A stretch of 64,000 bases of DNA from positions 32,745-96,744 of the IMG/VR virus record IMGVR_UViG_2593339203_000002; one strand, given 5' to 3'. Each line of letters opens with the position of its first letter. Position 1 is the stretch's first letter. The notes under the pieces are model-generated. The model saw only the letters and a program-made list of their open reading frames with translations, searched no databases and was not told where the DNA came from. The position numbers and the translations under genes were made by a program. This document shows positions 56,889-64,000 of this stretch, piece after piece. The stretch comes from a virus (lineage: Duplodnaviria > Caudoviricetes).

Positions 56889-56977
56889 GGCCGGACAGCG
56901 CGGCCGGGCAGGTCCTCTACGCCGTGTCCCTGGCCGCCCTTGTGGCCGCCCTGGTGGCCGGCATCGCAACCCGGTAG
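56885..56977 (+). CDS. 30-aa single-TM peptide
   Basis: GTGA overlap; VLYAVSLAALVAALVAGIA. Confidence 0.4.
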   Translation: MRPDSAAGQVLYAVSLAALVAALVAGIATR

Positions 56978-57069
56978 ACCACCGCCCCCCCCGCTGGCCC
57001 GGCCCGGTCTGTCGTTCCTCCCCGGCCGCGGACGGGCCCGGCCCGGCGCACCCGAACTCAACCCCGAGT

Positions 57070-57798
57070 GTGCCGGGCCCCGCCCCTCCCTCCACGCACA
57101 GGAAGGCTCGAACCGTGCTCCCTCCGGCCCCGCCTGGCGTCGTCCCCTACGTCACCTCCGGCAGTGAGGAACGGCTCCTCCCGTCCCGGCTCATCCGCCG
57201 GCCCGTCTGGGACGGGATCGCGCACGCGGATGAGTCCCCCCATGACCGGGACAGCTTCGGCGTGACGTGGATCCGGCCCCGGCTCCTCCCGAAGCACCGG
57301 CGCGGGGAGCCCCGGTTGAAGGAAATTCATCCGTACCGGCAGCGGCGGGCCATGGACAACATGCTCTGCCAGGTCTGCGCCCGCCCGCCGGCCGACCCGG
57401 ACGGCGCGCAACTCTTCCTCCTCCGGGACACCGGCGGCCCGATCCGGGAGGGGGAGCGGACGGCGTCCCCGCCCGTGTGCGTGCCGTGCGCGGGGATCGC
57501 CGTCCAGCAGTGCCACGCCCTCCGCCCGGACCGGTGGGTGGCCGCGTGGGTCAGGCACGCCCCGGCGTGGGGGGTGCGCGGGACGGTCCACGACCCGCGG
57601 ACTCTCCAGGTGGTCCCGGGCCGGTACATGGAGGCCGTGGAGTACGGCTCCGCCCTGGCGCCGTGGACGATGGCCGCCCGTGTGGTGGTCGAGCTCCAGG
57701 GCGTGAGGCCGGCCTACCTGGAGCTGGAGTGGGCGGCCCTCGGCCGGGACCGGCTGGAGGCCGAGTTCGCCCGGGTCGCGGAGCTCACCGCCGTGTGA
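57070..57798 (+). CDS. Hypothetical zinc-binding protein (start uncertain)
   Basis: VPYVT, HPYRQRRAM...LCQVC, PPVCVPCA. Confidence 0.7.
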   Translation: MPGPAPPSTHRKARTVLPPAPPGVVPYVTSGSEERLLPSRLIRRPVWDGIAHADESPHDRDSFGVTWIRPRLLPKHRRGEPRLKEIHPYRQRRAMDNMLCQVCARPPADPDGAQLFLLRDTGGPIREGERTASPPVCVPCAGIAVQQCHALRPDRWVAAWVRHAPAWGVRGTVHDPRTLQVVPGRYMEAVEYGSALAPWTMAARVVVELQGVRPAYLELEWAALGRDRLEAEFARVAELTAV

Positions 57799-57937
57799 AG
57801 GCTCCCGTCACGTACATGGCGGCGGCGCGCCGTGTCCGTGGCGGGTCCCGGCCCGGCGCGCCCACACATCCCCCGGGGCGCGCCGGGCCCGTTCGTACCC
57901 CTGAACTGCGCAAGATCAGTCGCCCGAGGAGGCGCCC

Positions 57938-59152
57938 ATGATGATCAGCGTTACGACCGAGCGGGACCAGGACTACCGGCCTGGTATCGGGGACGTTTTC
58001 ACGTACGGAGCCGCGCAGATACACCAGGCCGCCGCCGCCCTATGGCCCACCGCGCCCGTCACGCTGGAGCGGCACGTCCCCAGCATCACCGGCTATGTGC
58101 ACCAGACCCGCGTGGGTGACCGCCTCCTCTACGGCAAGGTGTCCGTCCTCGGCGTCTCCCTCGTCTCCCTCCTCCGCGGTGCTTGCGGTGGCTGGCCCGC
58201 GGCCCTCCAGGCTCAAGGGGAGTACCTGACGCGGCAGGACGGCCTGGTCCCGCGCGAGGCGGCGCAGCTCGGCCTCCTGGCCGGCCTGGACGGGCCGAAG
58301 GTGTGCGACGTGGCCGCCGTGAGCCGGGGCGTCCTCTTCACGGAGCCCGTGCCCGGGCCGTGCCTGGCGGACCTACTCCTCCAGGAACCCGGCCGTACGG
58401 CCGATCTCCTGGCCGACGTCCACGCAGAGCTCCGTCCCCTTCACCGGCCGGGCGCGGCCCGGCTCATCGATGAGGGCACGGTGATCGGTGAGCGCGGTGT
58501 GGGCGGGACCTTCCTCCGGAAGTTCAACGGGATTTCCGGCCGGGTCTACGTGGACCGGATCGGGGAGGAGCGGTGCGCGCCGGAGGACCGGGAGGAGGTG
58601 GTGGCGCTGGTGCGGAGGTCCGTCCGGGAGCTCCGGAAGCTCCGGGCCACGCTGCCCGGCGCGGTGGGGACGACGCTGGTGTACGGGGACCTGAAACCGG
58701 AGCACGTGAAGTATCCGGACGGCCCCGGGGGACGGCCGGTGTTGCTGGACCCCGGGCTGATGCGGATGAGCCCGGCGGCGGACCTGGCGAAGCTCGTGAG
58801 CCGGATCGTGCTCTCCCTCTGCGCGCACCGGCCCGGGGAGAACACGGTCCGCCAGGTCGTGGAAGGTGTGGCAGCGTTCGCGGCCCGAGCCGTCCAGCTC
58901 TCCCACCGGGAGCGGGCGCTATGGCTGCGCAACGTGGTGACGCTCTGGCTCATGGACACCGTCAACATCCTGTCCTCCTACCTCTCCGCGCCGGCCGCGC
59001 TCCCGCTCCCCGGGCCCGGCCTGGCGCTGGTGGCCCGGGCGGTCCCTGTGGTCTCCTTCGTCGCCGCGGTGAGCAAGGACGTGGCGGGGAAGGCCGACCC
59101 GGCCGGCGTGTGGGACCGGGCGCTGGAGCGTGCCGCGGCGGTGGCGTCATGA
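57938..59152 (+). CDS. APH/choline-kinase-like phosphotransferase
   Basis: YGK, REA, YGDLKPEH catalytic loop, LLDPG, DLAK; GAGGAGG SD. Confidence 0.8.
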   Translation: MMISVTTERDQDYRPGIGDVFTYGAAQIHQAAAALWPTAPVTLERHVPSITGYVHQTRVGDRLLYGKVSVLGVSLVSLLRGACGGWPAALQAQGEYLTRQDGLVPREAAQLGLLAGLDGPKVCDVAAVSRGVLFTEPVPGPCLADLLLQEPGRTADLLADVHAELRPLHRPGAARLIDEGTVIGERGVGGTFLRKFNGISGRVYVDRIGEERCAPEDREEVVALVRRSVRELRKLRATLPGAVGTTLVYGDLKPEHVKYPDGPGGRPVLLDPGLMRMSPAADLAKLVSRIVLSLCAHRPGENTVRQVVEGVAAFAARAVQLSHRERALWLRNVVTLWLMDTVNILSSYLSAPAALPLPGPGLALVARAVPVVSFVAAVSKDVAGKADPAGVWDRALERAAAVAS

Positions 59153-60066
59153 GGGCGCCGGCGGTCGGGGTGATCGGGGCCGGGGCGGTCGGCCAGGCCG
59201 TGGGCGCCGCGCTGGTGGCCGTAGGCCTCTGTGACCGGCTCCTCCTGGCCTCCCGCTCCGTGGACCAGGCCGCCGCCCTGGCGGACGACCTCAACGACCT
59301 CCGGGCCGGGATCGGCTCCCCGGCCATGGCGTACCCCGTGAAGGTGGCCGAGCTCCGCGACTGCCCGGCCGTCGTGGTGGCCGTCCGCGCCCGCTTCACG
59401 AACACCCGCCAGACGGATGTCCGCATGGCCGGGATGCACGCGAACACCCCCGCCCTCCTGGCCCTGGCCGAGGAGTTCCGCGGCTACCCGGGGACGCTCC
59501 TGGTGGTCACGAACCCGGTCGACCTCATGACGCGCCTCGTGGCCGAGGCCTCCGGCTGCGCCCGCGTCTTCGGACTCGGATCGAGCCTGGACACGGCTCG
59601 CTACCGGCTGACTCTGGCCCGCCTCCTGGACGTGCCCGTGGACGCGGTCCGCGGGCACGTGATCGGTGAGCACGGGGACGCCGCCGTGGTGTGCGCCTCC
59701 ACCACCACCGTCAACGGCGCGCCCGTCACGGTCCCCCTTGAGCGGGTACGTGCCGAGCTCGCCGAGCGGCCCGGCCGGATCAGTGCCGGGATCGGCCGGA
59801 CCCGCTACGGCCCGGCCGGCGCCCTGGTGAGCGCGCTACGGCTGGCCCTCGGCCTGGAGGACGGCATTACCGAGCTCTCCGCCCCGCACGGGGACGTGTG
59901 CCTCGGAATCCCGTTGCAGTTCACGGGGGGCCGTCCTCTACCGTGCGTGCCTCCGCTGGACGACGCCGAGGCCCGGCAACTGGAGGCCGCCCGTTCCAAG
60001 CTCCGCGACGCCTATCAGGGCGTGTGCGGTGTCCCCGTCCAACACCTACCTGTGAGGAACACATGA
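59149..60066 (+). CDS. Lactate/malate dehydrogenase family protein
   Basis: GAGAVG, VTNPVD, SLDTARYR, GEHGD; ATGA overlaps on both sides. Confidence 0.88.
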   Translation: MRAPAVGVIGAGAVGQAVGAALVAVGLCDRLLLASRSVDQAAALADDLNDLRAGIGSPAMAYPVKVAELRDCPAVVVAVRARFTNTRQTDVRMAGMHANTPALLALAEEFRGYPGTLLVVTNPVDLMTRLVAEASGCARVFGLGSSLDTARYRLTLARLLDVPVDAVRGHVIGEHGDAAVVCASTTTVNGAPVTVPLERVRAELAERPGRISAGIGRTRYGPAGALVSALRLALGLEDGITELSAPHGDVCLGIPLQFTGGRPLPCVPPLDDAEARQLEAARSKLRDAYQGVCGVPVQHLPVRNT

Positions 60067-61193
60067 GCGCTCACGCCGTACGCCTGGAGACCGCCGGCGC
60101 CTCCGTAACCGTGGTCTCGTCCGAGAGGTCCGTCACGGACTGGACCGGCCGGTACCTCGGCCCGTGGTGGAACGCGGCCGAGGTGGCGCCGGAGACCATC
60201 TGTGCCGGGCCGCTGCTCACCGCGACCGTCGGCCGTGAGGCCTACGACGACGCCGCGTTCCTGGTGACGCAGGATCCGCACACCAGCACCATGTACGCGC
60301 GGGAGCAAATGCTCCTGGCGGGGGACGTCTCGGCCGGCGTGATCCGGGGCGTGACCCCTGGCAGCGGCCTCGCGTACCGGTCGGTGCTGGGCACCGGGTC
60401 CCTGGAGGTCACCGGCTGCGGCACGGAGGCCGTCGCCACGGCGACCGCGCGCCTGGCCCGGGAGATGATCCGCGGAGTCCTCCTCCGGGACGGCTGGTCC
60501 ATCCTCCACGCCTCCGCCGTCGTCCATGAGGGCCGGGTGATCCTCACCCTCGGCGAGAAGCGGGCCGGGAAGACGACCACCGCCCTGGCCCTGGCCAGTC
60601 GTCACCGGCTCGGGCTCCTGGCCAATGACCGGGTGTTCGTCCGCGCGAGCGGGGACGGGGGCGTGGACGTCCTCCCGTGGCCGTCCGCGGCGGCGGTCGG
60701 GTTCGGCCTCCTCGGCGCTCTCGGCTGGTTCGACATCGCCCGCCACCGGCTGGAGCGCGGTGAGTCCTTGCACCCCACGCAGGACGAGCGGGTCACGGAC
60801 GCCCTCCTCCGCGGCATGACGACGCCGCTGTGGGACGGCGGACGGGAATTGAAAGCGCAGGTATGGCCGGACCAGTTCGTGGACTGGTTCGGGCTGGACC
60901 TGGCGATGGGCGGGCAGGCGGCGGCCCTCGTGTTCCCGCGGGTGGAGGCCGGCGCCGTCCCCGCCGTGGAGGACCGAGGCCGGGTGCTGGAGGACGGTGA
61001 CTTCATGTCCGGGGCGACGGAGGACCGCTACCCCGACGTGTTCGCCCTGGCTCGGGTCGACGGAGGCGGATCACCCACCGCACGGCGGGAGGTCGCGCGG
61101 CGCCTGGCCGAGCTCCCGCACCACTGCGTGGTCCTCGGCCATGACGTGACCGCGAACGCGGACTTCCTCGCGAAGGTCACCGGCTGCCTGTAG
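60063..61193 (+). CDS. HprK-like P-loop kinase
   Basis: LHASAV, GEKRAGKTT, LANDRV. Confidence 0.75.
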   Translation: MSAHAVRLETAGASVTVVSSERSVTDWTGRYLGPWWNAAEVAPETICAGPLLTATVGREAYDDAAFLVTQDPHTSTMYAREQMLLAGDVSAGVIRGVTPGSGLAYRSVLGTGSLEVTGCGTEAVATATARLAREMIRGVLLRDGWSILHASAVVHEGRVILTLGEKRAGKTTTALALASRHRLGLLANDRVFVRASGDGGVDVLPWPSAAAVGFGLLGALGWFDIARHRLERGESLHPTQDERVTDALLRGMTTPLWDGGRELKAQVWPDQFVDWFGLDLAMGGQAAALVFPRVEAGAVPAVEDRGRVLEDGDFMSGATEDRYPDVFALARVDGGGSPTARREVARRLAELPHHCVVLGHDVTANADFLAKVTGCL

Positions 61194-61315
61194 CCCGAGC
61201 ATGACGAAGGGCCCGGCCTCCAGGGGGGATAAAGGCCAGGCCCTTCCGTGTGGTGGAGCGGCCCCGGGGGGGGTGAGGAACCGGTCCACCGTCTGTGGGG
61301 GTTGGGGGTTGGGGG

Positions 61316-61567
61316 TTAGGCCGCCACGGTGGCGGCGGCCTGGTCCTCGACGCCGAGCACGCGGCGGAGGTCCACGGTCTGGACGCGGAAGAGTCGGCCG
61401 GCCCGGATGACGCGGCACGGGAACTGGTCCGCGCGGGCCAGGGAGTAGCCGTAGGAGCGGGAGAACCCGAACGCGCGGGACGCGGTCTCCACGTCCACCG
61501 TGGCGGGGAGGTCCAAGACCTCCCGGACCGTCAGGGCCTTGACCGCGGCATCCGTTTGGGTTGTCAC
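61316..61567 (-). CDS. xis: Excisionase / HTH DNA-binding protein
   Basis: LPATVDVETASRAFGFSRS.GY.LA...FPC.VIR.GR; GGAGGAG SD. Confidence 0.8.
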   Translation of the reverse strand: MTTQTDAAVKALTVREVLDLPATVDVETASRAFGFSRSYGYSLARADQFPCRVIRAGRLFRVQTVDLRRVLGVEDQAAATVAA

Positions 61568-61657
61568 CGCTCAACTCCTCCCGTGCATTGGGTAGTACTG
61601 GCTGGACTGTAGGGCACGCGTTGCTACTGCGCAACACTCTCTGTACGTTGAGCCGTT
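61568..61657. promoter_or_regulatory. Divergent xis/repressor control region
   Basis: Lower GC; TACAGT (minus) and TACGTT (plus) -10-like hexamers flank a GTTGC..GCAAC inverted repeat. Confidence 0.55.
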
Positions 61658-62251
61658 GTGGAGCAACCAACGGAGTGGCCCGCCCGGGTCGGCCAGACCA
61701 TCGCCCGGGAGCTACGCAGACACCGGACAGCACGGAAGATGAGCGCGCAGCAGCTCGCGGACGAGTGCGCCCGCCTCGGCCATCCCGCCCTCCAGCGGAC
61801 GGTGATTTCCAACATGGAGAACGGCCGCCGGCGGGACGTCTCCGTGGCGGACGTCCTGGTCCTGGCCGCCGCGCTCGAGGTAGCGCCGGCGGCGCTCATC
61901 TTCCCGGCCGGGTACGCGGCGGAGGTGGAGCGCCTGCCCGGCCGGACCGCCGCGCCGCTGGAGGCCGTCGACTGGTTCGCCGGTGCCGAGGCGGAGGAGA
62001 ACTCCGCCCTGGCCCTCATGCGCCGTCACCGGGACCTGGAGCGCCGTATCCGCGGCGTCTACCGGCGTATCTGGGAGCAGGGGATCGCGGAGCAGCGGTA
62101 CGGCGTGGAGCTGGAGGACGCGGAGGCGGAGGCCGGCCGCGAGATGGCGCGCGAGCTCACCGACCAGCTCCACGAGCTCCGGGAGGAGATGACCGGCCGG
62201 GGCCTGGAGCTCCCGCCGCTTCCCGGCCTGGACGGGCCGAAGCAGAACTGA
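61658..62251 (+). CDS. XRE-family repressor
   Basis: MSAQQLAD.C..LG...RTVISNMENGRR..VSVADVLVLAAAL. Confidence 0.85.
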   Translation: MEQPTEWPARVGQTIARELRRHRTARKMSAQQLADECARLGHPALQRTVISNMENGRRRDVSVADVLVLAAALEVAPAALIFPAGYAAEVERLPGRTAAPLEAVDWFAGAEAEENSALALMRRHRDLERRIRGVYRRIWEQGIAEQRYGVELEDAEAEAGREMARELTDQLHELREEMTGRGLELPPLPGLDGPKQN

Positions 62252-62265
62252 CACGAAGGACAGAC

Positions 62266-62460
62266 ATGTTGAGGGAAAGTCAGGAGGCTGACCGCCAGGT
62301 GACGGTCCGTGAGTGGACGTCCGAGTGGTGGGCGGGACGGGTAGTGCCAGGAGGGATGGAGGACCACCTCCGCCAGGAGGTTGCGCGCCTCGGCGGCCAC
62401 GGGCTGGACCGGCTCAGCGCGATGCAGTCGCGTGCCCCGGGCCGGACCGCGGGCTCATAA
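62266..62460 (+). CDS. 64-aa protein resembling an integrase core-binding fragment
   Basis: GAAGGA SD; VTVREWTSEWWAG..HLR...LG...LDRL. Confidence 0.5.
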   Translation: MLRESQEADRQVTVREWTSEWWAGRVVPGGMEDHLRQEVARLGGHGLDRLSAMQSRAPGRTAGS

Positions 62461-62473
62461 GGGAGGGGGCGTC

Positions 62474-64000
62474 ATGCCTGGACCACGCCGCGCGGGCGGA
62501 ATCAGTAAGCGGTGCGAGTGCCGCGGTGAGGACGGTAAACGGCTGGCGGGGAGCTGCCCCGATCTCCCGAAGAAGAACCACGGCCGGTTCCGGCTCATCC
62601 AGGAGCTCCCACCCGGGGAGGACGGCAAGCGCCGGCGCTTCGAGCGCACCGGCTACGACACGTCCAAGGATGCACAGAAGGACCTGGACCGTATCCGCGC
62701 GATCCTCGACCTGGCCGGGGATGAGGAGGACTGGCTCCGCCGGGTCGGGGACCTCCTGGCGGGCGTGCAGAAGGAGCGGCGGGAGATCCCGGACCCCACG
62801 GAGGTCTCCCGAAAGCTCGGGGTCGGCGTCCCGCTGGACGGCAAGATGACCGTTGGGGAGTGGCTGGACACGTGGCTGGCCGGTAAGAAAACACGGGCCA
62901 CGACGAACCACGGGTACGGCTCCCACATCCGGGTCCACCTCCGGCCGCACCTCGGCCACCTCCGGTTGGACCGCCTCGGTATCCCGCACTTGGAGGACAT
63001 GTTCACCGCGATCGACGAGCGGAACGAAACCGTGGTCGCCGAGAACGCGGCGCGGCGGGAGCAGGAGGCCCGGTGCACGCTCGGCCGGCCGGGCGCACCG
63101 AAGGCGAAGGACCGGGCCCGCCTCGCGGAGGAGCGGGCGCGGCTGGCCGAGATGCCGCCCTATCGGAAGGTGACGGGGAAGGCCTCTCAGCAGGCGATCA
63201 GGACGACGCTCCGGACGGCCCTCAACGCGGCGATTGCCCGGAAGCTGATCACGTTCAACCCGGCGTCCTTCGTGGAGATGGAGACGGCGTCCCGGCCGAA
63301 GCCGATGCTGTGGACGCCGGAGCGGGTGGAGCGGTGGCGGGAGACGGGGGAGGCTCCCGGCCCGGTCATGGTCTGGACGCCGGAGCAGCTCGGGACGTTC
63401 CTGGACGAGGCCGAGGAGGACCGGCTCTACTCCCTGTTCCACACCATCGGTTTCCGGGGCCTTCGCCGCGGTGAGGCCGTGGGCCAGGCGTGGGAGGACA
63501 CGCAGCTGGAGGCCGGGCTCCTCACGGTCTCCACGGAGATCATCGTGGACGGCTGGACGCCCGTGGAGACGGTCCCGAAGACGGCCGGGTCTGTGGGCAC
63601 GATCAGTCTGGACTCCGTCACCGTCCAGGTCCTCCGGGAGCGCCGGGCGCAGCAGCTGCGGGAGCGGCTGGCCGCCGGGCCGAAGTGGGCGGAGACGGGG
63701 AAGGTCTGGACGACGGAGACCGGCGGTTGGCTCCACCCGGACACGGTCTCCAAAACCTTCCAGCGGATCCGCGCCCGGACGGACCTCCCGCCCATCAACC
63801 TCCGGGACCTCCGGCACGTGGCCGCGACGATCCTCCACGCCGCCGGCGCGGACCTCCACACCATCAAGGAGACGTTGCGGCACTCCACCATCAAGCTCAC
63901 GTCGGACACGTACACGTCGCTGCTGCGGGAGGTGGACCGTACGCACGCGGAGGCGGCCGTCGCTCTGGTCCCCCGTGCGAAGCGGCGGGCGGCGGAGTGA
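62474..64000 (+). CDS. int: Tyrosine integrase
   Basis: GLRRGE, PKT, RDLRH, LRHS, TSDTY; stop at 63998-64000. Confidence 0.93.
   Translation: MPGPRRAGGISKRCECRGEDGKRLAGSCPDLPKKNHGRFRLIQELPPGEDGKRRRFERTGYDTSKDAQKDLDRIRAILDLAGDEEDWLRRVGDLLAGVQKERREIPDPTEVSRKLGVGVPLDGKMTVGEWLDTWLAGKKTRATTNHGYGSHIRVHLRPHLGHLRLDRLGIPHLEDMFTAIDERNETVVAENAARREQEARCTLGRPGAPKAKDRARLAEERARLAEMPPYRKVTGKASQQAIRTTLRTALNAAIARKLITFNPASFVEMETASRPKPMLWTPERVERWRETGEAPGPVMVWTPEQLGTFLDEAEEDRLYSLFHTIGFRGLRRGEAVGQAWEDTQLEAGLLTVSTEIIVDGWTPVETVPKTAGSVGTISLDSVTVQVLRERRAQQLRERLAAGPKWAETGKVWTTETGGWLHPDTVSKTFQRIRARTDLPPINLRDLRHVAATILHAAGADLHTIKETLRHSTIKLTSDTYTSLLREVDRTHAEAAVALVPRAKRRAAE

Larger units (their letters stand above)
1..64000 (+). 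mobile_element. Temperate siphovirus/prophage of an actinomycete (probably Streptomyces), incomplete at the left; att site not visible
   Basis: Terminase, portal, capsid, tail tube, tape measure, endolysin, holin, xis, repressor and tyrosine integrase in phage-like order; very high GC. Confidence 0.95.

Noticed and set aside
63900-64000. attL/attR core or tRNA target
   Set aside because: The window ends at the integrase stop codon; no tRNA or flanking direct repeat is visible.

Overview
This is a high-GC, Streptomyces-type temperate siphophage (prophage or phage genome). The left part is cut by the window edge and the window ends on the integrase stop codon. Gene order: early/accessory genes behind two duplicated operator-promoter cassettes; two ParB-like genes and an inverted Tad2/DUF2829-like gene; a coupled cassette of C5-cytosine methyltransferase, asparagine-synthase-like amidotransferase and CmoA-like enzyme; terminases; about 4 kb of small inserted genes; portal; a MuF-2H phosphoesterase-head protein fusion; major capsid; a block of very Cys-rich repeat/fibre proteins (one of 1836 aa); tail genes; lysis cassette; an XRE-led accessory block with a kinase, dehydrogenase, kinase operon; and xis, repressor, tyrosine integrase. 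Two signals stand out. (1) A predicted DNA hypermodification pathway: the methyltransferase has Arg in place of the conserved motif X Asn (GRAVPP), consistent with carboxy-SAM use, and the amidotransferase could convert 5-carboxymethylcytosine to an amide. (2) An asymmetric 17-nt element (GCTGGTTNYGGGCCGGG), 11 copies at 9 intergenic loci, always in the sense orientation, with the start-proximal copy 28-33 nt before a start codon. All family assignments come from motif recognition by eye; no searches were run.
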